Of a DNA stretch of 64,000 nucleotides, positions 38,501 through 51,389 are shown piece after piece; position 1 is the first letter of the stretch; each line of letters begins with the position of its first letter. The notes under the pieces were generated by a model. That model saw only the letters and a program-made list of their open reading frames with translations. It was not told the DNA's origin and did not search any database. A program made the position numbers and the translations under genes. Location of the stretch: positions 6,634,001 through 6,698,000 of the forward strand of contig NC_134029.1 of the NCBI RefSeq assembly GCF_964204645.1. Reading direction: 5' to 3'. This DNA comes from Tubulanus polymorphus (lineage: Eukaryota; Animalia; Nemertea).

Positions 38501-38915
38501 ACAGCTCAATCTTAGTACCACGTATAACTTATATTATCCGGGGTTGGCCTACGGCACCTTAGTCATCGACCTATTTTAGCTTGCTATATCGTAGTTTACA
38601 TTTTTCTCATATTTGAATGTTTTTCCAACTTACATCATTCGACTTTCCCACGGTTTATTGTATTACGGATTTTATCAAAGTTTCCTACAATAGACGAGTC
38701 ATTTTAGCTGGATTTTTCTGCATGTAATGAGTTGATATGAAAAATCATCTGTGAATCCATCCCATCAAATGCCTTAATTTTTTATTGAGTGTATTTATTA
38801 TTCAGTTTCTATCATCGCTGGTATTGTCTACTTGCTGTTTTCGCTACCGGGACTATACAGTATTATAAGCGTATTGATCAACCCATCGTCGGCGCCCGCC
38901 GCTCAGCGCCAGTGA
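35539..38915 (+). CDS. Divergent TMEM165/GDT1 (UPF0016) family cation transporter homolog, 6 coding exons, about 245 aa
   Basis: Exons 35539-35725, 36126(or 36132)-36227, 37122-37198, 37595-37750, 38070-38175 and 38806-38915. All introns are GT-AG with compatible phases (738 nt, no internal stop). The protein aligns by eye with TMEM165: LQSFANSCSMIVISELCSRAF vs IHAFVAAISVIIVSELGDKTF; LFVAECSQRVRFVILALALRQ vs TFLAEWGDRSQLTTIVLAARE; GLFFGGCLSHVLCTGIAI vs GVAVGGTVGHCLCTGLAV; ISIIAGIVYLLFS vs VTIIGGIVFLAFA. Confidence 0.88.
36249..36762. repeat. 514-bp foldback palindrome (probable non-autonomous DNA transposon) in intron 2 of the TMEM165-like gene
   Basis: Arms CTAATGTCTATTTCAACTTGACTTGAGAGC... 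and ...GCTCTCAAGTCAAGTTGAAATAGACATTAG pair along almost their whole length. The same terminus occurs at 9661-9678. Confidence 0.9.
37233..37320 (-). pseudogene. tRNA-derived sequence (SINE head or tRNA pseudogene)
   Basis: TCGTCTACTGGTTAGCA (A-box-like) and GGTTCAATCCC (B-box) at tRNA-like spacing; the acceptor stem is poor. Confidence 0.5.
37402..37525. mobile_element. MITE family A, copy 1 (CWG-type target, Harbinger-like)
   Basis: GGGCCGGTTGCGCAGTC ... GACTGTGCAACTGGCCC with internal TAAGACCA repeats. Homologous copies at 51252 and 62979. Confidence 0.8.
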
Positions 38916-41900
38916 GGTCACTATCTCGTAAAAATTGTCTCATTCGTGTTGTATTGTAATATCATTAAATCTAGTGTTCTATCGTATTGTGTATTATTTA
39001 CTTCTTCTTCGATTTGTTGGTCGAAATTCACATTTTATTTGTTATCTTCTGTTGAATTTCTTATGAAAATAAAAAGTCTTTCATACGTTTATTCATTTAT
39101 GTGTTTGATCGCAGTTAATATTTCTTATTTTGAGGACGGTTCGATTAGAAACAACCGTCAGACAAGCTTGATCTGACTTCGGCGGTCCAATTCTTACTGT
39201 CCCTGTTGTAGCCTAAAATAATGATGCCTCCTTCCGCATTTCTGTTGAGCTTAAGAGTAGACCCGACAGAGCTGAAACGACCGTCCAGAGGCCGACTTGC
39301 TATTAAGGCGATGACTGGTACGGTAGGACAAACGCGCATTCGGCGACACGTCTAAATTCCAACCATAAACGAATTGGCAACATCGCACCTTAATACTTCG
39401 GGGATAAACAGTAAATATAAATATGATCGCTTCGTCAAATTCTATCAAGCCGCGGCATAATAGGAAAAACCTGATCAATCGTGGACCGTGAACAATCTGG
39501 GCGCTTACATTGTCAAGTAATTTCTTGCAGTGTAATCCCGCGGGACCGTCTCAGACATGTGCTCCCGCGGCGAACGCCGTGTAATCCGATCTAGCTGACA
39601 ATTACATACCGAACTATCGATCGATCGGCTAAAATATCCGTAGCGCAAAAACAAACGCCGAAATGCACCGCAGATTTCTCAATTTCTGCAGCTTGTCTCT
39701 CGCGGACGAAGTCGATGAAATAGCGAACAATGTACTGTTTCGCATTGTGGATTATTTTTCCATTTCGTCCGAATCATCGACAGCAAATTCCATGCAGTTT
39801 CAGAACGGCAATGCTATATGACGCAGTTTTAATTTCCCCTAAGAGATCAAACATGATCAAACGTTTTCATGATGTCACCAACCAAGTCGTGTGCTTAATG
39901 TACAATCACTGCAGTCATGTCAAATTCTAGATAAGTAACTCTACGGATAGCATTTTAAAAAATTCAATGGCTTCTATTCTCTGTAGAAATTGATCGAAAT
40001 TCTCTAGAATCTCTCGAAATATCGCCGATATAACGAGACCATTAAACGAAGACGCCTCACGCCGGATTAGAATTTTAGATGCGGTGGTGGTTTGAATGCA
40101 AAACATACCGACGAAATAGCTGATAAAACGTCGAAAAAAAACAAGTGCAGAATATTTTGAGGCTGTGAACACGTCAATAGTCTGATTACATTCCAAATTC
40201 GAATTCAAATCAAGTTATTCAACGAAATGAAAAGATTCGATTTCAGCGAAAGTACATCGCCGTGTTTGATATAGAGTTATCGGTTTTCCTAATGAGCTCG
40301 ACGTTTATTGATTACGACTCCCTGTCGGAAATTGATTCGCACGACCTTCCCACGCTCTTGGTAATTCTTTTTCACGTTTACCTGCAAATCAGATTTCAAT
40401 AGCTTAAAGAAAACGTCTCTTATACGCTCAGAGTGTTGCTGTCTTTGGAAGGCTGTAATTCAAATAAATCGACGCGTCGCTATCACAATATTCCGGTTTA
40501 GGTAAATGATGGATAAATCCCCGTCAGTATCTATCGTTTTTTGTCATCCGAGCTGAATTAGACGTGTTCACGGAGAAAGTTTGCTTTTAATTCAATCTTT
40601 TAAAAAGTTTTAGTACATTATCCAAGGGCTCTGAAATATTGGACTCACCTCTTTTGACAGGGTTGTTGTATTCGTGGATTTTTTTTTCGCCACAGAAACA
40701 CGTCGACTAACGATAAGACGACAGAAAAATCACTGTATTACAGGGTTGTTGGAATTAGTAGACTGAGCCTGTGCGATCGAACGGTCAGTTTGAAGGTTGG
40801 GGGGAGGATGTCTCCCTCGTGGGAAGGGTGAGAGGGTGACAGGGGATAGGGAGATAAGAATAGAGGAAGACAGACAGAGAGACGCTGTCTCCGTGAGGCA
40901 GACAGATCCCGTTCAACGCGCGGTGAAAACAAACGTGTCGCGGGAAGCCTTCTCCGCTCACTCGGCTGATTTATATCATCTGATGCCGCGTATATCACCA
41001 TGTATAAATATATGCGCATTATATGAATCTGCTGTTGTAATTATTGAATTAATGAAATAATTCATCAATACACGCGGACAATGTCTTCCGAGACGCGAGG
41101 ATTATAATATGGATATTAATTTTCAGACGTTTTCAGTCATTTACAAAGCGAAGATGCGGCGCTCTACGCAGGATTAATCAAAGCAGGCCAGGCAGCGACT
41201 AATACATAAAGGGCCTCCTTATAAAGGAGATTATGTCATCGGCGCTGTTAACTATAAAGAAATAAACTTTACGATGATTGATACAGTTGATCCAGGTTAC
41301 AAACTTCAACCTTGTTCGATGAAAATATAGTTTAACGAAACTTTGACGAGTCAAATGCACATATATTTCAAGTGAAAGAGGTCTTGAACCACAGGTCGAA
41401 TCTTTCGAAGTCACCCGTGTAGTCATGTCGATCAAACAGGGTAAGTAAGCTGAATCATTGAATCATTGGCGTTTAGTTCTTCATAAAAACCGTATATACG
41501 TTATCAAGTAAGTGTCGGTAGTGAATGTGCACGCCTTAGGGGGGAGAGGGAGGGGGTTGGCGGGTAGATTTCTTAATTGTTGCATTTTTAAGTCTCGATT
41601 CTAGGCGCGTAACGTTAGACGAGCCTAGATCCGTGACACATTTCGAATAAGACAATTAGATAGACATTCTTTTTCTTAGTTATGTTTCACGTTTGAACAC
41701 TGTTGTAAGGAGGACGAAACTGAGCTATTATAAATGCCGGTGTACCGACTGTCTTCCTGTGCAGTAACGCCCATAATTGACAATGATATAGCTATACGCT
41801 ACCGGTTGAATATGAAGCGATATGACAAATACAGATCTCTCGACATTAATACATATACTTGAAAATTGGACGTAATTAACGTATAGAGTTATACGTATAA

Positions 41901-44900
41901 TGAATGGCATGTTTCATTTCAACGCGGTTGAAATCGATTTGCCATCATATGAAACGGTTTGCGCTTTATGTTCTGGAAACAAAACAAAACGAAAAAAGTA
42001 AAATCAATTTAACCAAGTGAAATCATACAAGTGAAAATACATCATATTTATTTGTTTATTGATAGTTCTTATTTTCGTTATATTTCTTTGGTGTGCAGCT
42101 TTTCCAGTTGACCGCGTCCAAGCTGACGACGCAATATGGCATATATATATTACTGTTGTAGACCGTTATTGCCATCTGTTACATCGACAGTATACGTTCC
42201 AGTTCGGCTCTAGGCACGTCCAGACGCGACAACTCATTTCATTTATGCTCATTACCGGCTACGACTCAAAATGCACAAACAATACAATATATCCAGCGCC
42301 TTTCGAGATTCATTTATCTTGCAAAGAGAAAAATCAATCGCATCGACTTCAGACGGTGTCTGAAACGAAATTAGTTTAAACATGGACGTATCGGGTTAGT
42401 TTATATGTCCAATGTTCCAGATGACGCCATGCGTACAATTGATACCTTGTTTTTCCTTCCTGATGACCTTATTAACGTTGGCCTTTTGGTCGGCTGCCTA
42501 TCTACCCCGTCGTACATTTCGTTTTATAAATCATGATGAAGTTAACCATAACAGACCCGGCAGTTTTGGAAATGAACTGATTACAAATTTATTGCAGTTT
42601 ACAACGATGACCCGGTCATTTCATTTCACTTTTCTAATTGTATATCACCATACACGTTCAAAAGCGCTGTCAGAACCTACGTAGGTTTCGATCTTGTTCA
42701 TTTTATATATCACACTGCTCTCCAGATTTGGAAACGAATGGACGCGTCAATTTTTATTGTCCGGCCGGTATAAATATGCTATGTCATTGCGACAGTGCCG
42801 GCGTTATTTTTATCAGCTGCTACATCAGATTTGAGGGGAGTTGAACACAATATTACCTTCTTCGAGGGATTGGTCGTTAATCGAATTGTCGTCTGTCGAT
42901 TTGTCGTCAGTTGCAGCGTTTTTTTCCTGCGACTATTCGGTAGGTCGTCGCCTCCGTCGATGACGTAGTCGTTCTATATTCGCCAACGTCGGGCGAGAGT
43001 GCAAACAATTGAAGGCGCTCGTCATCCGTATAATCACTGTCAAAACACATCACACCGTATCTGTCTTCATTATTGGAAAATGTACACCGACGGAACGTAA
43101 GACCTAAAGGTGTTGTGAGAAGTAATAATGTCCCCATCGTTTAACTGGGCTGTAGAGAATATCACCTTATTTTCTTTTTCCCTCCCTGGCACGGTTAGTT
43201 TTTCCTTCGTTTCCACCGAGTTTACGATCACCACCGGCGGCGGTATAAGTTGCGTTCTGAGAAAAAGACGTTGTCTCATTTGTATATTAGCGAAGGGGAA
43301 CGACGGAAATAAAGGTATAGTGGGTCAGGTAATCAGAAAGCTTTCTAAAATGCTTAATACCTTAGATTGAGCATTTGTATTTCAGAATCCCGGGCCCCAC
43401 AGCCTACTGCATAAATATTCCATTGTATTCTGTGATTGCTTTCGAACATGAAAATAACCAAGCTGTGAAACTCAATAAAAAACCGCGTCATCCCACAACG
43501 AATGAATCCTTTCGTAAAAGATAACGAACGTTGACAACCAACGTGAAGCAACACAACGACGAGTGAATCTATTTTTGAGAATCGTTACGTCACCTCCTTT
43601 CAACCTTTTCACGACAAGCTCACGATGTGGAACTTTCTTCTTCCAACTGCCCACGATACCAAAAAGCCTCCCCCGACCATTAACGTATTCGGTTCGAGGT
43701 AGGACCAGTCCTATTATTGAAGTCCGGAACTGAACCCGAACCCAATTCAACGCAGATCCAAGGGTGCGTACCACAAACTTATTATAAGTGGCTTCTTTGA
43801 TATGGTTTGACAAAAGGTCGCACGTTTGCTAAATCCGATGATAAAGCCGCGAGGGATTGGACTTTTTCTCCGCTGTTAAGACTGATAAACCCCGACTTAC
43901 TATCTCTGGACAGACAGATTCTAAGAGCCAAAATGAATGTAATTTCCGATTTTATACGGCACGTAGAAGCATTTTTACATTGATATTTACTTGGGAAAAT
44001 CGAGACGTTCATTGTTGCTATGGGTACCACCAAAAATACATCATGTTTGTACATTAAGAAAAATGCATTTGTCACTTTCTATTTGGAATATGTTTGAGAA
44101 GATGAAGATCGTGTTTTGTCAGTATTACAATTTCTTTTTTTTTGCTGTTTTGGTAAGTTTCTGCGTGACACATGTGAAAATGATCATTGCTGATGCTTAT
44201 CAGGCATCGTTTCTCTCTGGTAGAAGTACGTGCATCACTTTATTGTTAAAGCCTCCATTATCCCGAGTACCTAGCGGCTAAATTGCGTATCCCTCCCCCG
44301 CACTGTCAGGCAGTAATAAGAAAAAATGTCAGAAGTTCTCTTCATGGATTTAATTCCATATGTAACTTGGCAAATTAATTACTTTAAAAAGGAATTGGCA
44401 GTAAATGGAGTCAGTTTTGATGAGTGAAGTTCGATTTCTAAACGTTGACAGTACACAAATTTTAACGTCTAGAAATCTAACTTTATAATTTTAACTAATT
44501 CAAATTAAATGTTAATCCCCGTTTGTGAAGCTGGGCCCTGGATAAATCTACATCTTTAATATACATGTTTATTTCTGTTTGCTTTTGGAAAGCACTGACA
44601 AGTCAACACGGTTGACGAGTGAAAATCTTATTTGATTTTCATTACGACAATATAAGCCTGCCAATGAAAGCGTCGATGTTCCGAATCCCACGAAGATCAG
44701 AAGAAGACTTACGATTACATCACACACCGCAAATCGATGTACAAGCAGGCGGATTACACATAAACTTTATAGGCGCTCAATTTCTCCGGCGTAATGATGT
44801 AGAAGCCGGCTGAAATAAGTTTAAAGTTCACCGCACAGTTGTCGACGAAAGGCACGAGTTTAATCTGATTTTACGGTGCAGCAATTATAATTCATGCTTT

Positions 44901-47900
44901 ACTGAACGAGAAATGTCTCGGTCGTAAATGCAACAGATATCTATTTATCCGATATTACGCAAAGCGTAAGAATTCCAAACGTTCCTTGTGCTGCTGCGAT
45001 TTCTATTTGCTTTTTCGGTGAATGGTTCAACTTTGAAGACGTTCCTCTTGAATAGAGGACACGGGGATAAGCGAACGTGTTATTTGACAAGCTCTTCTTG
45101 AAAGGCACATATGATTTGAAACATGAAAATATCGCGATTGTGATTGTGATTTTATTTTGAAGTGATTTTTTCAATCATTTACACAAAGTCTCAGCCAGGC
45201 AGCCAATGCTTAGATTTCTAACTTATCTTCGCGCTGAAAAGTGCGGGTAGAATTTTGAGAGCGAGGACCGATAGAATAGAAAAGCCATGCTGGTTGCCTC
45301 CAAATAAAGTTATTCCTAAGGATCTTTGCCTCATGATACTGCAGTATCCCCTACTGATTTAATCAAAACGCAATGGCGTTTTCCGTGATAATTAATTTTC
45401 ACTGCGGTTATTCCCGATGCGAGTGGTAAACACATATAGCCTTAGCCTCGTAGACAAGCATTAGAACTTCTTCGATTTGTGATATATATCATAGGGATCA
45501 GAAGCCGTGAAAATATACTTGTTGCGACATTGAATAAACTAATTTTACCATCCTTATGTAACAAATTTCTGAAATATTTCTTTCAATACTCCGATGTTTT
45601 CCAGTATTTTGTTAAGCCTCTGAATTCATATTTACGTAGATGCTACGTTTCCTATTATCTATTATTTTGAAGTCTCAAGGTCGTGTATTTAAACGGGTTT
45701 CTGTATGGTGTGGTTTATCTCCGAGACCTGTGATGAGAAGCGATCTATACAGACTGCATTTGATACAGTATCTATCGAGTTTGACGTTAGCAATTAACGT
45801 TATGCATTCCGTGTGATGTGTCTACCATCAAACAGCCAGGTCTGTCGAGCGAACTTATTAAATACACGGCTAATGTCACGAATATTATCATGGAACGTAA
45901 TTAATAAGATTTTGTTCGTTTTATGACGCACTCCCCCGGGTTTCGAGATGCACATCACGTTTGTCGTTCAGTCGTATATTGATTGTTGCTTCACAGCGTG
46001 CCGGTTAGCCTTTACATGAAAAATCGAACATGGCGAAAATGTCTTAATCAATCGTTTAATAAACCATTTTACAATTGCCAGCCGCCATTTTGTTAGGGTA
46101 CTTTTATCCTGTATTGTTGGTTCATTTTTTCTCTTTTTTTAGAAAACCATTTGTAGTACGTGTTTATCATATTTCATCGGCCCATAGATAGATTTTGACA
46201 ACTTTGGCAGTGAATTGCAAGTTTACTATTGGCAATAACCATATCAATAACACAAAATCTTAGCCATTCAATTGGTTAAATTAGTATTATATCTAACAAT
46301 GAATTGAAAAATCAATTCGTTTATGAATGTATGATGAAAATCCGTTAGGACAGAAAATCGTGCATATCATTTATGACTTATCAGTCGTCTGTCGAAGTTT
46401 CGGTTATCGTAGTAAATCAATGACGCGCGATCGGTTCGTCTGTCATTGACAAAAAGCACGTTCCTCGTTATATCGTCCCATATGATTGCTCATGCAAATA
46501 GCAGTTCCGTAAATCATCGGGATAAGGAAAAATTCCAGCCGTGAGTTTAATAACGGCGTTCTCCCGTTGTCATCAGACACGGTCGCGTCCTGATTGAGGT
46601 AAACGTTTATCTATTAAGGATGGTTTCAATCATAGTCAGACTGCATACAGTTGCTCGTAACTTAACTCGAATATTTCTGATTCTAAAGGCCCGTTGGTTG
46701 GCTACGAAGCGAGGATCGACTAAGGCCCTGTATTATGAACTAGGTTATAGGAATGGTTATAGAATCAATAACCGCCGAAGACCGGGCTTGTCGCTAGTCT
46801 AGATTATACCAAATTCAAATTAAAACTAGCTTTATTGATCTTTAATGTAACGAAACATTATCGGCAAAGGAAGTACAAGTACAGGAGGGATGGAGGGGAG
46901 GCAGGGAGGAGGTGAGGGAGAGAGAAAATGATAAAAGTAACACATATAAAGGCAAAAATGATTATCATAACTAATTATGATTATAATGATGATAATAGAA
47001 ATAATAATTTAGAAGTTCATCTTAAATTATACTGATAATTAGACCAAACACTACAAACCAGAACAGTCATAACTCGTGATCAGTTTTTTAGACCGATTAG
47101 CTTGGCGTGAACCATAACCGGTTGGTGCAAATACCATTTCTCTCGAATATCATGCTGTAAATATTTGCGGACGAAAAATGCCGCAATGGTGTGTAATTGT
47201 ATAGTACGGGTTTTACGCATTCTCCGCGAATATTGTCAGTATATCTGATCGCTTTATCCGCTTAAACCTTCTACAATTTCTTCCATATTACCCACTTCCC
47301 TCATAGTCTTAGGAAAAATCGGGGTGATTTCGATACGCAAATATTTATCTTCCGCCAGATTCCGTAGTGGTAGTGGCACCGAAAAGCTCCATCTACATAT
47401 CACTCGTCTGTCTAATGGCGAAATTGGCCATTATCGACCATTCGGGTATCAGAACAAGAAAACTATAACTTTATTGACGTCTTGAAATATGACATATATT
47501 GCGTACTGTCGACAATGAATAAAGGATCAATAAAGTTATTTTTGATTTGAGTATATCGATAATTGAATTGAATTGAATTGACTGGCAGCCAGTCTAGGCC
47601 CGCTATATCGATGACGTAGAGCACTCTCAAATAATTAAGATTTATAAAAAAATAAGATAAGAGTCACGAAATACATGTAGAATATCCGCCAAAATAAATG
47701 CCAAAATTCACAACTGTAATTGTTATTTTGAAGCGCCAATACTGATGACGTAGTGCACATCGACCCACATAAACCCCTTAAATCTAATGAGAGGTTCAAT
47801 TCTGACATAAACCCATAACCTTGTATTCATCTGCGCTGTAAACGTGATGGTATTTCTTTCTAAATGCCGGAATTGGTTCATTACATCTAAGGCATTTCGT

Positions 47901-48303
47901 CGGTCTCTTGGCCGTATCGAGTCTCGAAGGATTATCTTGGACAGTTGACAGGTAAAGCGTATATAGTTTCCCCCGAGTCATTGTGCCATCAATTGCTATC
48001 GATGCATCACGGCTGCTTTTATCGTTTCGGGCAAAATGCATTCAAAATTCATAACAGTACACCGGGAAATGGGAATATTTTTAAGGCTTTCGAGCGCGAT
48101 AACAGTCGCCGTGACTCTTTGTAAATGAAAATAACCACCTCGGGAATTATTTCCCATTTATTAATTAAAAGGCAGTAGATATGTAAAGAAGTCGAATAAA
48201 TAACCGCAAAGGGGGCGATAGTTTTCTCTGTGCTGCTTCAGCCAGTTTTTCAAGGTTTATAGATCTAAAAAAAGATGTCGGCCCTCTATATTACAAGCAT
48301 CCA

Positions 48304-48472
48304 CAGGGCGCGTTCACATACCCTAATCCTTATTCCCGAGATCTATAAGGGGGCATGCGAATAAGCGGATGCGGATAAGGGGAGGCATTTCATTCTATAA
48401 CACCGGTCTAGATTTGGCCCGTTCCAGGTACGGACCCTTTTGGACCGATCTAGTGGTGTGTGAACGCGGCTG
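48304..48472. mobile_element. Harbinger-like MITE
   Basis: CAGGGCGCGTTCACATACC ... GGTGTGTGAACGCGGCTG. Confidence 0.55.
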
Positions 48473-50190
48473 TAGTCAATTCAATCAATTAAAATGCGCT
48501 GCCGTGTTGTAAATTGACGATCAACGTAACTGCAAAATAAGGATGTTTGAAAAACGTCTCAGTATGGATTTCCTGAGACGTCACCGCACGAGCTGTTTTG
48601 ATGAATCCATAAATCAAAATCAAACGTTTTGATTGAGGTATATCATATCAAATGGCGATATATCGGAACGAGCGTCGCTTTATTTCTCCGACGTTATGGC
48701 ACGGTTTTGCGTTGCATCCCATGCCAGATTGGCAATCACAGGTCGATGTTATGCTTTAATTTAGTCCAATTCGATATTGTAGATCGACAAATATGGATCG
48801 GCAACACAAATATAGAACTCCGTTCGCCGGCGAATAGAATGGGATATGGCAATTTTATGTGTAAATAAAGATGCTTTTCGGCGCCCGCAGCAATTTGGTC
48901 TGTTTTCAATCAATAAGGTGCATGATGATAAAATCGATCTCGAAGCTTATCAAAGACAATATTTGGCTGTGGTGAGTGCACGCACCATACGACAAATACT
49001 TGTGATAGGTGTGGCAACAAGCAAAGATCATTCGCATATATCATTCATATAAATCTATTTCTGAATCATGGAGGACGAGTGGGATTTGTTACGGTGTTGT
49101 CTTAGCAATTTCTTGTCGAACGGCAATTCGTGGATTATCAAAATCATCATACGTTCGATGTATCATTGATAGCTGATGCAAATGGATACCTGAGTAGTAG
49201 GTAAGATTCGTCGTCGCCATATCTTCACTGTGAAGAAAATACCTATGGCGAAATGCCTGATATCCTTGATGCACTTAAAACTATAACTTGAAATGTACAC
49301 CTCGTAATATTGAAGTAAACGAAATCACTCCCAGAATGAAATAGAAATCTCATGTATTTTATGCATAGTTAATCAATTCTTTGAAGCACATTTCTTGTTT
49401 TTTCAAAATAACTGATACCGTTTTGCCAATTCATCATCCGCAGTACTTCTCCTCTTGTGCGATGGCATTTAGGATCTGACATAGGTTAAGGATCTGACAA
49501 ACGCAGCCTATCCATTTTGTTTACCCGCCAGACAACGCACTGTGACAGTGTTGGAAGAGAATTGATTCGGGTTATGACAAAATATCCCAACATATTTATA
49601 ATATTTACAATCAATCGTCGAAAACAAATAGACTGAGACACGAATGTGTCTACAAATAAAACCAACATCATATTTTCATGGAAAACAATTAGGAGTCGCA
49701 TTTACCGTTGCCGGACTGATGCAGGATAAGCTATTCCGACTCCATGGTACATTTGTACCACACGACTAAAATTAAGTAATTACATATTAACTAATCAAAA
49801 TCTATCAAATGGACAGATTTCTTCTAATGATCTTGCATTCAATCGTTTATTTTGGTTCCTAAGACTAACTCTGAAGGATTGAGCGGTGGTCCTAAAGAAA
49901 ATCTTGTGCTATGTTCAGATCCTTCAGTTTTGCAAGACTAAACATTGGTTTGAGTTTTGTTGTCTATTTCAAATAATCTTGCTTTGAATCGTTCAGATCT
50001 TGGTTTCTCAAGGTGAACCCTGTAATTGAGCTGTTGTATTATTTAACAGACACTACTCCTGTTGTAGAATCCGGACGCGAGTGTGAACTGTCATTATTCC
50101 GGGTTCTATCGTGCACCTTATGGGAAATCATGCTACACGTCAGAATTAATTTCAACCTATGTATCAAAAACTAAGGACGAAATGAAATAA

Positions 50191-50338
50191 AGCCCACAAC
50201 GCACACGATGCGGGGAAACAAGGAGACAGGGGACAGAAACACGTTTACGAGAAACGAGTAACATGTTTTTTGAAAACAATGTTTCCGGGACCAAGATGTT
50301 GGTTTCCGTGTTTCCATGCGTCGTGTGCGTTATGGGCC
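50191..50338. mobile_element. PIF/Harbinger-like MITE
   Basis: TAA-AGCCCACAACGCACACGA ... TCGTGTGCGTTATGGGCC-TAA, with internal GAAACA subrepeats. Confidence 0.75.
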
Positions 50339-51251
50339 TAAGTAGGAAGGACACACAAATTACATTGATAACAATGCGTAACAGAAGTTGGTAAAAATTC
50401 ATCGAATTAGGTCGATGGGAAATGTGATACGTAACGTGTTCTCGTGCCCAATATAACAAGAAACACAAGTAAACGAGAATAAAACGAAGTTCTTCACTCG
50501 CCGGAAATTACAGTCGCCGATTCGATATCTGAAGTGTGTAGTGTAAATAACGACGATATATCTATATCACGCAGCTACACGAGTCTATAAGCGATCCTTC
50601 GAATAGCGCCGACCGCCGCCGGTTTTTCATTAAAGGAGAACTTGTACAGTTGTAGCTGCCGATAAGAATTGTTTATCAGGGGTCGTATTTTGTCGGTTGT
50701 TCGCGGAAATTTCGTGTTCCGGCCGGCGCGTACAGAGGCCATCGGATACGAGCCGTATTTGATCGTCCGGCGTGTTTCTACAGCACGAAAACCGGGCGAT
50801 TGCGTAATTAGCATCAGCGCTACCATTTTGGCCTAAGGACTAATATGATACGATTGCGTTGTTTAAACTACAGACTACCGATTGAAACGGGTTGATGAAA
50901 ATATCCCCCGAAATGGACGACCAATTTTAACCTATACAAATCGGCGATGAGTAACATTGTATAATGGTGTGTCCTGTGTTTGGTTTAAGAAGACGGTACA
51001 TACCACTAGTAACTACGAAAATTTAAGAGTATTCTTGCATCACAAGATCCAAACATCTTGAGGAAACTAGCAGTATAGCCTCATGTAGCCATCGTTGTGT
51101 ACGTAAATCAATTTGCGTATGTAACGACGTATAAAAACTTCAGTACAGATCTGGAGTAACTGTTATTGTACGTATAGCCATATACTGTTTAATTTTTTGT
51201 ATCCTTTGCTCGAAAAATTGCATAATCTCTGGAGCAATAAATTTGTATCAG

Positions 51252-51389
51252 GGACCGGTTGCATAGTTATGGCTTAGACTTAAGACCAGTCTTAGACCAA
51301 CTTAGTTCTATAGCCAATCTAACAAATTAAGACCAGTCTTAAGATTTAAGACCACTTTTGGACTTAAGTCACGACTGTGCAACTGGGCC
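51252..51389. mobile_element. MITE family A, copy 2
   Basis: CAG-GGACCGGTTGCA ... TGCAACTGGGCC-CAG, giving a CAG target duplication. Confidence 0.85.

Noticed and set aside
42907-44075. Cluster of 66-113 aa minus-strand ORFs and a loose hairpin at 43690-43742
   Set aside because: I could not splice them into a consistent frame, no domain was recognisable, and the hairpin is too interrupted.
44838-44850. GTTGTCGACGAAA resembling miR-981
   Set aside because: The seed does not match and there is no precursor hairpin.
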